Assembly (NCBI GenBank): GCA_016187385.1
Contig: JACPJU010000001.1
Location: 8,348-72,347, forward strand
DNA length: 64,000 bases
Direction of reading: 5' to 3'
Origin: Candidatus Aenigmatarchaeota archaeon
GTDB lineage: Archaea > Aenigmatarchaeota > Aenigmatarchaeia > CG10238-14 > SCSR01
The notes under the pieces are model-generated. The model worked only from the letters and a program-made list of their open reading frames with translations. It ran no database searches and had not been told where the DNA came from. A program made the position numbers and the translations under genes. This document shows positions 54,210 through 63,864 of this stretch, piece after piece (within the stretch, counting starts at the first letter, position 1; each line of letters begins with the position of its first letter).

Positions 54210-54725
54210 TCACCTCATTACAGTTTCTGGCGCTATGCCGAGAGTCTTTTGGATAGCTCCAGCCAAATCAGTTGTTTTGATCCTGCATTCCTCTATCAGA
54301 TTCCTCCTCACATCGTTGTACAATGTCCTGAAGTAAAGCCATCTCATAGCTTTGGATATAGAACTCATTTCAAGTATTGTATTTTCAGGCGATTCTGTTC
54401 TCAGGATGGATCTCAGTAAAACAGTCATCTCCCCGTCTTTGTTCGGGTCTGATGGCTGCTTGCCCTGCATTATGACTTCCGCATAAACAACTGACCAGTA
54501 ATCATAACTTTTCTTTACTATAAACCGCGAGAAGAATTCCCTCGGCTCGCTTGTGATGTCCCATCTGAATTCCCTTTCCCAGACATCCTTTCCTCTGACA
54601 TCGAATATGTTTCGCAGAAAGGTTCCAACAGAGCCGTAAACTTTGAAAGGATTCGGACCTTTGAAGTCTATCCTCAATTGTCTGTCAGGCGCAAGGCAAT
54701 CGTCTTCCAAAACCCACATAGGCAT
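54210..54725 (-). CDS. Uncharacterised protein, paralog A (GPNP / REFRWD / EECR motifs)
   Basis: 171 aa. Shares GPNP, REFRWD and EECR motifs with the adjacent 175-aa ORF. Confidence 0.45.
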   Translation of the reverse strand: MPMWVLEDDCLAPDRQLRIDFKGPNPFKVYGSVGTFLRNIFDVRGKDVWEREFRWDITSEPREFFSRFIVKKSYDYWSVVYAEVIMQGKQPSDPNKDGEMTVLLRSILRTESPENTILEMSSISKAMRWLYFRTLYNDVRRNLIEECRIKTTDLAGAIQKTLGIAPETVMR

Positions 54726-54730
54726 TTACA

Positions 54731-55258
54731 TCACATCTTCGGTAGCAGGTTGAAGAACGATTTTATTTCATCGCTGAAATGCAACAAAAGCTCCCTGCAT
54801 TCTTCAACGTACCTTTTTCTTATCGACTGGTATATGACCTTGTGGTAGAATGTCCTGAACATTTCATAAAGCAGGCTTCTCTGCCACACCGTGTCTTGGG
54901 GATATTCTGTTCTTATCTTGCCCTCGAATCTTATCCTTACATTCCCTTCTTTGCCAAATTCCTTGCTTGGGTGTATTGTTCCGTCGATTTCTATCGTTAT
55001 GTCCTGGAATGTGTGCGTGTCCAAGTCTTTTATGGTCTCGAACCTGACATGGAAGCTCTCGCCGCCGGGAATCTTGTCCCACCTGAATTCCCTTTCCTGG
55101 ATTTCCCTTTCCGTGATGCCGAACAGGGAAGAAAACAATTTCCTGATGTATTCGTAGACATACTGCGGATTCGGACCGCTGTATTCAAGCACGGCCGTAG
55201 GTCTTGGAACCAGACAATAATCATGAATCAAAATTCTTGTTCTTGCGAATACTGGCAA
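54731..55258 (-). CDS. Uncharacterised protein, paralog B (GPNP / REFRWD / EECR motifs)
   Basis: 175 aa. Tandem paralog of 54210..54725. Confidence 0.45.
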   Translation of the reverse strand: MPVFARTRILIHDYCLVPRPTAVLEYSGPNPQYVYEYIRKLFSSLFGITEREIQEREFRWDKIPGGESFHVRFETIKDLDTHTFQDITIEIDGTIHPSKEFGKEGNVRIRFEGKIRTEYPQDTVWQRSLLYEMFRTFYHKVIYQSIRKRYVEECRELLLHFSDEIKSFFNLLPKM

Positions 55259-55301
55259 ATAACCACTAAATTAAATATGTCTCTTTAGACTAAATATAGA
55301 T

Positions 55302-55475
55302 ATGGTGTTCACGCGGTTGTTGGGATGGGGATTGATTATTACTGGTTTGTTTTTTGCGGTAGCAATGCCCGCAGTTGGAAAACAGGGTTACATGCCTGAC
55401 ACATTCGCCAACAGCATAGTTCTGATCGGAGCTGTCCTAACTGGAATCGGGATTTACTTGGTAGTTAAAACTTAA
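55302..55475 (+). CDS. Possible 57-aa two-TM membrane peptide (MVFTRLLGWGLIITGLFFAVAMPAVGKQGYMPDTFANSIVLIGAVLTGIGIYLVVKT)
   Basis: Hand-translated, below the ORF-track length cutoff. Two hydrophobic helices. Lies just upstream of the two large unknown genes. Confidence 0.25.
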   Translation: MVFTRLLGWGLIITGLFFAVAMPAVGKQGYMPDTFANSIVLIGAVLTGIGIYLVVKT

Positions 55476-55503
55476 TGAAAGATAAAACACATAATAATAA
55501 TGT

Positions 55504-57273
55504 ATGTCCAAAGTTGTAACTGACCCTATTTTTAATAAAGAGCCTGGTATGGGGTTGAATGCGAATCCATTCGAAGGAGAAATGCATATAGACTTGACGG
55601 CCCCCATGGGTGCGTTGTCGGGATTGTACTACGGACTTATGTTCCAGCTCGGTAAAGTCGGTTTCGCTACTTACAAAATCGAGGAAACGATCGACGTCAC
55701 TCCCGTATTCAAACAATATTACGATCTTACAATTCAACAAAAGCAGGCACTGGAAGCACAAGTGAAAGCCGGTCTTGGACAGATAGCCACGTCCATTCAC
55801 GATTACGAATTGATTTGGCACGACCTGAGAAAATACAAGGAATTCATGGATTATTACACAAAGATTGAACAGGGAAACAAGCTCGCGAAATCAAAAGATA
55901 AAAAAGAGAAGGAAGAAGGAGAGAAACTGAAAAAGGAAGGTCTGCAACTTCTAAGATCCGTTTTTATCGACCAGGTGGACGCGCATACAGGCGAAGGCAT
56001 AGCTTTGCGAACAATAACCCAGAGATGGCCGACCATAATCGTAGATTTCATGAGACTTGATGATAGTGATACTGACCAAAGAAAACTGGCTGAAAGGTAC
56101 CATATAACAGAAGCAGAAGGCGCTGTTCTTTCGACTAAAAACAAACTTTTTATTGAATGGAGGGATAATTTATTCAAACCGACATTGAGCGATAGATACA
56201 AACAAATACTACGACTAGTCGAAGCCCGTAAAACTTCCATAGAACAGTATACGGAAATGCTCAAGCCTGTAATCGGCAGATACAAATTAATTAATGACGC
56301 ATTGGAAAAACCGGAAGGTAGAACATTTGGACTGACAACTTTCTTTCAGCCGGGGGCACAAGCTTACTCGCTGGATTATAGTAGAATATGGTCTTTCATG
56401 CCGTTTGCGCCGGCCGAAAAATACAAGGTAACTAGGGATTACTTGGACGAGATCCCATTAAGTCGGACAGGCTTCACCAAAAGTGAAATCGACGAAATTA
56501 AAAACGGGTTTGAAAGAGCGGGAGACAAGTTGCCTAAATCGGTTTCTGCATTACCAGTCGAGCCGTCTATAGACAAAATTGTTAGGGACAGTGTAAAAAA
56601 AGTTGAAAAGGAATACAATGTAAAACTGACATTTAAAGATGTTTTTGATGCCAGGAACAATCTAGTCAAACTTTTTACATCCAGATCCATGCAGGTAGTG
56701 GGCGGAAAAAATGTCGGGCATGGTGGTACATGGCTTTTCAGCCCATATTTCATTTTTATAGACATGCCGTTTCTTCGATTTGTATACCATTCACCAGGCG
56801 GCGGGGAGTTTGAAGACTTGATGGTTGACAACATGACAGTCAAGAACAGAACTCAGAATGTAATTATTGTTACTTTGCTGGAGGTAATAGCACGGGAAAA
56901 ACAATTGGAAAATTACATCAGCCGGCTTTTGGGCGAGATGGGCGTAGTTAAGACCAAAGAAGGTTCTGTTTTGAAGACTATTGAAGATATGGCGAAAGAT
57001 CAGTATCCGGAATTTTTCGGCGGTGAAAGACCAACGGAAAAACCGAAAGGCAAAGAAATGACAGAACCGCTTAAGAAAGCACAGCATGCACTAGGTGATA
57101 TTTTGAGCAGCTTTGGACTGCGTTTCGACTGGCTTAGGGCAAGGGGACCTTATGAGTTCGCGATGGACGACAGGATAGCAGAAATGTTCCAGGTAGAGAC
57201 AATGGTGCAGGGTTATCTTTATGTCTTGAGATATCTGCAGCGCGGTGTCAATGTGCCCGGAATAAGGTTGTAG
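55504..57273 (+). CDS. Large hypothetical cytoplasmic protein (589 aa, no Cys, no recognisable motif)
   Basis: Long uninterrupted ORF. No signal peptide. Gly-rich segments VVGGKNVGHGGTW and HSPGGGEF that do not fit a Walker A. Stop overlaps the next start (TAGCATG). Confidence 0.5.
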   Translation: MSKVVTDPIFNKEPGMGLNANPFEGEMHIDLTAPMGALSGLYYGLMFQLGKVGFATYKIEETIDVTPVFKQYYDLTIQQKQALEAQVKAGLGQIATSIHDYELIWHDLRKYKEFMDYYTKIEQGNKLAKSKDKKEKEEGEKLKKEGLQLLRSVFIDQVDAHTGEGIALRTITQRWPTIIVDFMRLDDSDTDQRKLAERYHITEAEGAVLSTKNKLFIEWRDNLFKPTLSDRYKQILRLVEARKTSIEQYTEMLKPVIGRYKLINDALEKPEGRTFGLTTFFQPGAQAYSLDYSRIWSFMPFAPAEKYKVTRDYLDEIPLSRTGFTKSEIDEIKNGFERAGDKLPKSVSALPVEPSIDKIVRDSVKKVEKEYNVKLTFKDVFDARNNLVKLFTSRSMQVVGGKNVGHGGTWLFSPYFIFIDMPFLRFVYHSPGGGEFEDLMVDNMTVKNRTQNVIIVTLLEVIAREKQLENYISRLLGEMGVVKTKEGSVLKTIEDMAKDQYPEFFGGERPTEKPKGKEMTEPLKKAQHALGDILSSFGLRFDWLRARGPYEFAMDDRIAEMFQVETMVQGYLYVLRYLQRGVNVPGIRL

Positions 57274-57274
57274 C

Positions 57275-59098
57275 ATGCCTTATGAAATTGCGATGTCAAG
57301 CGGTCTTGGAAGTATAGGCAGAGACCCCAATCTGATGGGTATTGGAAAAAAGATACCTTCAATTCTTACATATGGTTTGAATGTCGTGCAGGTCGACTTG
57401 GAGACTTTTACAACCGCCGAACTGTTCGAGCCGGAAGTAGAAAATCTGGTGAAGAGATTTGTTGACGATCTGAAAATCAAATGGGTGATGCACGGCGAGA
57501 TCGGACAGTCTGTCGCTTTCGAAACTGCCCTTCAGCAAGTGTGGAGACAGGCGCACAGGAAACTGCACCAGTACATGGATTCCCTTTATGACAAGTTCGT
57601 CAAGCCGAAGGACATGAAGAAATATCTGCCTGGCTACATTGACTTTCATATTTCAAACATGATGTCCATTGGATATTTTGCGGAGAGATTTCGAGTGGCG
57701 GGAGTTCCTATGCTTGACTTTAACGGAAATAATTCTTGGACAGAACTCTTGGATAAGAATCAAAAATTGAAAGATTGGTTCAAGAAAGAAATACTGCTTT
57801 TGGTTTATGGTAGAGAAGTTCCTATAGCTGTCACGAGTACTGAAGATGTGAAAGAAAGAATTCGTTTTAACATGATGAGAGAAATTTTTCAGAGATACGC
57901 TGATGAACACAGAGAAGAAATTAATAGGATTGCTCAAGAGTTATCGGCTCGGGGTATTCAACCAACAGAAAACGCTTTAATGCAAGAATTTTTCAACCGC
58001 CATCATGAACTGAGACCAAGCGAAGAACAAGTACTCGACAGCATATACAGAGAATGGGAAGAAGCAACTGCAATAAGGTATGTAAGAGGTGCGATCACAG
58101 ACGAAGAACTTGCATATGTTGTAATCGCAAAATATCTTGAGTTTAGTAAGAACGATCCAAAAGAGCCACTTTGGAAATTGTTTTTCGGTGATAAGGCTAT
58201 GGGAGATTTAGAAGCACAATGGAAAACAAAAAAGCTTGTAAATAAAAACGGTGAGATCTATCTTGATCCAGAAATAGTAGCGATAGTCGCGATTAGATAC
58301 ATATTCGGGCATTTTGGGGCTATCCCATTACCGGAGTACATGTCTGAAATGCAGAAAAAATTTCCCGAAAGATCAAAAGACCCGTTCTATGGAAAAACTG
58401 CAATTGACAAGTTAAAAATAATCGGCGTACAACTAGCGTTTGAAAATCCGGAAATAGGAGAAGGCCAGATAGAAGGTTTGCAGAGAATCATCCGTGCAGA
58501 ACACATGTATTACTTTGCCAAGGCAGCCGAGCAGGTCTTCAAAACAGACCGCATGAAACTTTTGATAGATTTCAATCACTGGCTGCACAATACAGTAGAC
58601 CCAGGTAAAGAATTCGACATCATGAAAAGGATCGGACCAGACTTTGGAAAATATGTAAAGGCGGCTCACGTATACGAACCGTTGCCGATACACCAGCACG
58701 GTCCATTTGACTTGCCATCGGACCAGCAGTTGAAAGTGTACAAATGGTTATACCAATTGAGACAACTCGGATTCAAGGAAGGTTATCTTGTTTTTGAGCG
58801 CGGTGGTGGACAGACACCTCTGGAGGTTTCTAGAAGCACCGTACTAGCATTTCGTGAAATTGCAAAAAATCTGGACAAAGATGTTGACCCGAAAAAGCTG
58901 CCGTTGGAATTCTTTGGTGTGTCGCCAGAAGGCATACTATCACCAGAGAGACAGATAGTTATTATCCGTGATCATGCGAGGGATCCGTTGAAGGGATTGA
59001 TTATCGCGCCTGAAGAAGAACATACCGCATTGGGTAAGGAAGCTCTAGCAAAGCCAGGAATGACGCCCGAGAAATGGAAGAAGGAAGAACTACGATAA
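57275..59098 (+). CDS. Large hypothetical cytoplasmic protein (607 aa, no Cys, mostly helical)
   Basis: Long ORF, translationally coupled to the previous one. No recognisable catalytic motif. Confidence 0.5.
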   Translation: MPYEIAMSSGLGSIGRDPNLMGIGKKIPSILTYGLNVVQVDLETFTTAELFEPEVENLVKRFVDDLKIKWVMHGEIGQSVAFETALQQVWRQAHRKLHQYMDSLYDKFVKPKDMKKYLPGYIDFHISNMMSIGYFAERFRVAGVPMLDFNGNNSWTELLDKNQKLKDWFKKEILLLVYGREVPIAVTSTEDVKERIRFNMMREIFQRYADEHREEINRIAQELSARGIQPTENALMQEFFNRHHELRPSEEQVLDSIYREWEEATAIRYVRGAITDEELAYVVIAKYLEFSKNDPKEPLWKLFFGDKAMGDLEAQWKTKKLVNKNGEIYLDPEIVAIVAIRYIFGHFGAIPLPEYMSEMQKKFPERSKDPFYGKTAIDKLKIIGVQLAFENPEIGEGQIEGLQRIIRAEHMYYFAKAAEQVFKTDRMKLLIDFNHWLHNTVDPGKEFDIMKRIGPDFGKYVKAAHVYEPLPIHQHGPFDLPSDQQLKVYKWLYQLRQLGFKEGYLVFERGGGQTPLEVSRSTVLAFREIAKNLDKDVDPKKLPLEFFGVSPEGILSPERQIVIIRDHARDPLKGLIIAPEEEHTALGKEALAKPGMTPEKWKKEELR

Positions 59099-59136
59099 GG
59101 CTTGCTTTAAAGAGTTTTCTTCCTTATTTTTAACTT

Positions 59137-59736
59137 ATGATAAGGGCTGTCATATTCGACTATGGTGGGGTATTGGGTTCCTCAGGTAATTTTTACGAAG
59201 ATGTAGGAAAATTTCTTTCAAGAAGTCCGTCTGAGATACAAGAGGCGACAAAAAGACTTGTGCCGTTATTCCAACGTGCGGAGATTGGCGAGTTGGAATT
59301 TTGGCGATATTTATCTGGAGCATTGAACGTGCAGTTACCTTCAGGGTACAGAAGTAAGCTTGAAGAGTGGTATGCTAGAGAATCTTTTGTCAATAAGGAA
59401 ATGCTTGAACTAGCGGATAGATTAAGGGTGAATGGTTACAAAAGAGCTGTGTTATCAAACACACTATACCCCCATCTGACAAATTGGAAAAGCAAGATTC
59501 AGAAACATATCCCGATAATCATAGCCTCGTGCGAGGTAAAAATGAGGAAGCCAGAAGGCAGGATTTTTAGATTGGCTATGAAACGGCTTGAACTAAAGAC
59601 GCAAGAAGGAATTTACATAGACGACGATGAAGAATTTCTGCGGGCTGGAGAAAGAATGGGGCTGATTCCAGTACATTATATAAATCAACAACAAGTGGAA
59701 TCTGAACTTGAAAACTTTGGAGTAAATATCAGATAG
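59137..59736 (+). CDS. HAD-superfamily hydrolase (subfamily IA-like)
   Basis: MIRAVIFDYGGVLG (DxDGT-like motif I: FDYGGV). Later S/T motif II (LSNT). K...DD motif (GIYIDDDEE). Confidence 0.75.
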   Translation: MIRAVIFDYGGVLGSSGNFYEDVGKFLSRSPSEIQEATKRLVPLFQRAEIGELEFWRYLSGALNVQLPSGYRSKLEEWYARESFVNKEMLELADRLRVNGYKRAVLSNTLYPHLTNWKSKIQKHIPIIIASCEVKMRKPEGRIFRLAMKRLELKTQEGIYIDDDEEFLRAGERMGLIPVHYINQQQVESELENFGVNIR

Positions 59737-59793
59737 ATTTCATCACTTCTAAGTAACAGTAACCTTTATATATAATCAAATCAAGAGATATTT

Positions 59794-60645
59794 ATGCCTT
59801 TCGAAAATCTGGAAGAAGAGCTTGAAGACGTGGAACTTGTCAAGAAGGAACTGAAACCAGTTCAACACACAGACCAGAAGGAAGTTATAGAGAAGGCCAT
59901 CCAGTTTACCAATTCTGCAAGACAACAGTATGGCGAGTTGATAAAGTCTGTACTTATCTTTGGTTCTGCGGCCAAGGGCACGATGGTCAAAGGTTCTGAT
60001 ATCGACTTGTGGGTTATCGTCGACGACACAGCCACAAAAGCTACAGATGACTTGAACAGGATAATCGACCACCTGTACATGGTCGCAACCGAGATCAAGA
60101 ACATCCACATACAGGTTCACACATTGACGGAATTCTGGCAGTCTATAAGAATGGGTTCGCCTGAGTTTTCCAACTTTCTCAGATACGGCCTGACCATTTA
60201 TGACACAGGATTCATCAAGCCTATACAGAGAATGCTTCAGATGGGATTGATTCCTCCAAGCGATGAAACCATAAGCCTGAAGGCTAGAGCCGCGAGCACG
60301 AGATACAAAAAAATAAAGCTGGACATAAAGGCAATGGTCTTTGAATTGAGGTATACGGCCTTGGATATTGTCCAGGCTGTTATCATGTACTATTACAAGG
60401 AAACACCCGACTACAAGAAGGCTCCTGAATTTCTTGAAAAGCTTGTGAAGGAGAAGAAGCTGGAGAAGGTATACATAGATAAGTTTGTGGGACTGGATAA
60501 ATTATGGAAGGATATTGATCACGGCGAGATAAAGGAAGTCGGAACGGAGCAATTGGAAAAGGCTTTGGGACTGGCTAAAGATGTGATTGAAAGGATGAAG
60601 AAATTGCTTCCGAAGGATTTTGTCGGTGAGGAAGCAGTGATGTGA
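59794..60645 (+). CDS. Nucleotidyltransferase-domain protein with helical C-terminal domain (KNTase/HEPN-like)
   Basis: LIFGSAAKGTMVKGSDIDLWVIVDD is the minimal NTase GS...D.D motif. C-terminal region paralogous to 61117..62361. Confidence 0.55.
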   Translation: MPFENLEEELEDVELVKKELKPVQHTDQKEVIEKAIQFTNSARQQYGELIKSVLIFGSAAKGTMVKGSDIDLWVIVDDTATKATDDLNRIIDHLYMVATEIKNIHIQVHTLTEFWQSIRMGSPEFSNFLRYGLTIYDTGFIKPIQRMLQMGLIPPSDETISLKARAASTRYKKIKLDIKAMVFELRYTALDIVQAVIMYYYKETPDYKKAPEFLEKLVKEKKLEKVYIDKFVGLDKLWKDIDHGEIKEVGTEQLEKALGLAKDVIERMKKLLPKDFVGEEAVM

Positions 60646-60649
60646 TAAT

Positions 60650-61108
60650 ATGAGAGATTACGAGAGTTATTTTGATAAAGAAAAATCTAATAATAGAAGA
60701 GATATTGAAGAACTTTATAGAATTATTCATATTCCTGAAAATAATAAAGAGAGTTTTAAAAAAATAAAAATTCCAGAATCTATTAAAACAAATGAACCGA
60801 AGAATACGAGAGCTGAAGAATATTTCAGAAACGCACAAAAGTCTTTAGATGAAGACGGTTTAGATGTAAATTCTTATCAGAGGTTTGGATGCTGGGTGAG
60901 AGCTTACGGATTTGGCAGGGGTTTGAGACTTTTCGACGATTCAATAAGAAAGTCTCCAATTGTTCAAAACGATATGTTTGAAGATCCGTCAACTTTAAAA
61001 GATTACGCAGTTGTAATTCGCCCAAGTGGGACGACAGTTAAGTCGAGAAATCAATTTACACAGTTTCTAGCATCTGGATATGCCAAGCCTGTAATTTATA
61101 AAAATTAA
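60650..61108 (+). CDS. Hypothetical protein
   Basis: 152-aa ORF between the two NTase paralogs. Confidence 0.35.
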   Translation: MRDYESYFDKEKSNNRRDIEELYRIIHIPENNKESFKKIKIPESIKTNEPKNTRAEEYFRNAQKSLDEDGLDVNSYQRFGCWVRAYGFGRGLRLFDDSIRKSPIVQNDMFEDPSTLKDYAVVIRPSGTTVKSRNQFTQFLASGYAKPVIYKN

Positions 61109-61116
61109 GTGATTAA

Positions 61117-62361
61117 ATGCCGAGAAAAAAGAAGGAAGACAAAGAGATTGAGAAGATTGAAAGTCTTGCACCAGTAACAGAACCGAAACTCGAAACAAAA
61201 GAACAGAGAATCGAAGTCGTGAAGAATTACGCCAAAAAAGTTCTTGACAAATACGGAAAATACGTAAAAGCCATTGTAATGATGGGCTCTGTTGTCAGGG
61301 AAGAGTTCAAGCCGAAAAGCGATGTGGATGTTTTCGTTGTTGTAGATGATGCGACATTCCAATTAACAAATGAAATGCTTGACAAGATCGATGCAGACTT
61401 GCTAAAGTTGACAGAAGAAGTTCCTGAAGCCTGGATAACATTAAAGGATCCCAAAGGAAGGGAAGATAAAATATGCTTGTTATCAGTGCAGCCTATCTAC
61501 ACGCTGACAGAGTTCTGGGATTATGCTCGTGTTGCTCATCCTATAATTTATAATTTCATCAAGGAAGGTGTGCCTGTATACGACACAGGATTCTTCGCGC
61601 CAATCAAGAGATTGCTCGAGATGGGAAGGATACCAGCAACAAGAGAAGCCATAGAAAGTTACATGGAAGGTGCGCCAAAGAAACTGAACAGAGCCAAGAC
61701 AGTCAAGCTGTTAATGCTCGCAGAAGATTGCTATTATGCCATGCTCAATTCAGCGCAGGCTGTTCTCATGTTCATGGGATTGGCGCCGCCTGTACCTAGC
61801 AAGTCTTACGACGAGTTTGTGACATATCTTGTAAAGCCCGGCATTATCGAACAGGAATATGCCGATTGGTTGAAAGAAATTATAGAAATCAGGAAGAAGA
61901 TAGAGCACAAGGAATTGATGGATGTTAGTGGTGCTTTCGTGGACGAATGGATTGAAAAGGCAGAGAAATTTGTCGACAAGATGTTTGGGTTGCTCAATGC
62001 CTTGGAAATAAGGAAAAAAGAAAAGATTCTTGATACTACACACAAGGTCATGTACAAGGCTGTTGTCACGGCATTGAAGAGTCTGAAAAAAATGCCTGAA
62101 GATGCGAAAGACGAGGACGTTGTCAAGAATGTGGGAGACATATCCGAAGCTTTCAGAAAAGAATTTATTGATAAAAGACTGGTTGAACCTTATTATTCTG
62201 ATATTTGGAACAGGATAGAGAAAATGAAGAAATTGTCAGATGACAGAAAAGTAATGGAGATTCCTGACAGGGAAGTTTATGAAATGAGGGAATATGTCAG
62301 GAAGCTTATTAGGGATCTGGCTAGAGTATTGAAAGATAAAGAAATAAGCAAGGAAGAATAA
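61117..62361 (+). CDS. Nucleotidyltransferase-HEPN fusion protein (paralog of 59794..60645, with extra C-terminal helical extension)
   Basis: MMGSVVREEFKPKSDVDVFVVVDD (NTase motif). Downstream EIRKKIEHK gives an R-x4-H HEPN-type motif. Shares TEFW...Y(D/G)TGF..PI.R(L/M)L(E/Q)MG..P with the upstream paralog. Confidence 0.55.
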   Translation: MPRKKKEDKEIEKIESLAPVTEPKLETKEQRIEVVKNYAKKVLDKYGKYVKAIVMMGSVVREEFKPKSDVDVFVVVDDATFQLTNEMLDKIDADLLKLTEEVPEAWITLKDPKGREDKICLLSVQPIYTLTEFWDYARVAHPIIYNFIKEGVPVYDTGFFAPIKRLLEMGRIPATREAIESYMEGAPKKLNRAKTVKLLMLAEDCYYAMLNSAQAVLMFMGLAPPVPSKSYDEFVTYLVKPGIIEQEYADWLKEIIEIRKKIEHKELMDVSGAFVDEWIEKAEKFVDKMFGLLNALEIRKKEKILDTTHKVMYKAVVTALKSLKKMPEDAKDEDVVKNVGDISEAFRKEFIDKRLVEPYYSDIWNRIEKMKKLSDDRKVMEIPDREVYEMREYVRKLIRDLARVLKDKEISKEE

Positions 62362-62372
62362 AGTCATAAAGT

Positions 62373-63164
62373 ATGTCAATCAAATTCGGCTCGATAACAA
62401 ATCCTTGGGTCGATATTATAGAGGAATTGAAACTAATTTCTAAGTTAGAATTCGATTATGCGGAGGTCGGGATAGAACTCCCGGAAGGCTCTCCTGAAAT
62501 CCTGTTGAGAAGGAAGAAAAGGATTCTTAAACTATTGGACTCATTCAAATCGGAACCAATTGCGCATACTGCGTGGTGGGTTGATTTTGGAAGCGGTTAT
62601 GATATAGTAAGGAAAAGCTGGATAGAAGAAGCCAAAAATATGATTGATGTAGCGAAAATATTGAAAGCCAGCAAAATAAATTTCCATTTTTATTCCATAG
62701 GACTGGTGGAAGACTACAAGCCGTACCACAAAGAAATTCTTGAAAATATTGTGAAAAGTCTGAGAGAAGTTGTCAAATATGCCGATTCAAAGAAAATGAT
62801 GGTTATGTTAGAGAATTCCCCTACCAAAAGGTCAAATGTTGGGATAAAAGAATACAAATATGTTTTGGACAATGTTCCTAATTTAAGAGTCCATTTTGAT
62901 ATTGCGCATGCTTTTGTCGAGAATGGCATGAAAGGGATAAAGGACTATATGTTCACGTTCAAAAACAAGATAGAACACATCCATATCCATGATAATCACG
63001 GTGATGCAGACGAGCATCTCTCTCTAGGTCAAGGCAACATAAACTTTGAACAGGTTGCAAAATGGCTGAAGCAAACAGATTACAACAAAACAATAACTTT
63101 TGAAGTCTTCACGAGCAAGGAAGCCGCCAAAGCTTCTATGATGGGATTTAGAAAGTTAATTTAA
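62373..63164 (+). CDS. Sugar-phosphate isomerase/epimerase (xylose-isomerase-like TIM barrel / AP-endonuclease-2 family)
   Basis: 263 aa. ...MVMLEN (E metal ligand). HFDIAH. HIHIHDNHGDADEHLSLGQGNINF matches H.HD....D.HL..G.G.i.f. Confidence 0.75.
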   Translation: MSIKFGSITNPWVDIIEELKLISKLEFDYAEVGIELPEGSPEILLRRKKRILKLLDSFKSEPIAHTAWWVDFGSGYDIVRKSWIEEAKNMIDVAKILKASKINFHFYSIGLVEDYKPYHKEILENIVKSLREVVKYADSKKMMVMLENSPTKRSNVGIKEYKYVLDNVPNLRVHFDIAHAFVENGMKGIKDYMFTFKNKIEHIHIHDNHGDADEHLSLGQGNINFEQVAKWLKQTDYNKTITFEVFTSKEAAKASMMGFRKLI

Positions 63165-63188
63165 AGCTAAATGACTAACAGGTAATAA

Positions 63189-63560
63189 ATGACATCTATA
63201 CTTGCAATTCCGAAGGAACTCGAAGAGTTATTTGATGCTTCGATTTATGATATAGAGGAAAAATTCCATACTGCACAGAATTCTAGACATGAGTCAGTTC
63301 TTAGAAAGAGGCACAATGTCCTAAATAAGTTGTATACTGTGCTTATGAGAAATCAAGATTACTTCAGACACTCAGATTTTATTATCGATTCGGCTGGACG
63401 GTTGGGGATAGACCTGTCCTATTTCAGAAGATATGAGTCCTCTGATCAGAAATTATTACTTCTACAAACTGATGCCACAATAGCCGCAGTAGATTATAAA
63501 ATGTTTGTCGATCCAAGAATCGATAAAAACAGAAAAGAAGAAATATTCGCAGATATTTAA
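63189..63560 (+). CDS. Hypothetical protein
   Basis: 123-aa ORF. Confidence 0.35.
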   Translation: MTSILAIPKELEELFDASIYDIEEKFHTAQNSRHESVLRKRHNVLNKLYTVLMRNQDYFRHSDFIIDSAGRLGIDLSYFRRYESSDQKLLLLQTDATIAAVDYKMFVDPRIDKNRKEEIFADI

Positions 63561-63567
63561 AAAATAG

Positions 63568-63864
63568 TTATCTAAATAAATAAAAAAATCCCTTCTGCAA
63601 CAGGAATCCGATAAAAATTATATCAAGAACTATACTGGAAAACCAACCCATTACTGGAAAGAATAGGTAAATTCCAGCTACTGCATCCAGCGCACTTAGA
63701 GGATTCTGTTTCATGAAAGCGAAGGCAACGCCTTTAATCACAAAAAACCCAACCGCAACCAAAGCATACGATTTGGGGAAAGCACCTTCTGTCAGCAGAT
63801 AGACTATAATAACCAATATAGCCGAAAGGTGCAAGATGGCAGTTATCTTGTGTTCTATTCCCAT
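63568..63864 (-). CDS. Hypothetical small membrane protein
   Basis: 98 aa, three hydrophobic segments. Confidence 0.3.
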   Translation of the reverse strand: MGIEHKITAILHLSAILVIIVYLLTEGAFPKSYALVAVGFFVIKGVAFAFMKQNPLSALDAVAGIYLFFPVMGWFSSIVLDIIFIGFLLQKGFFYLFR

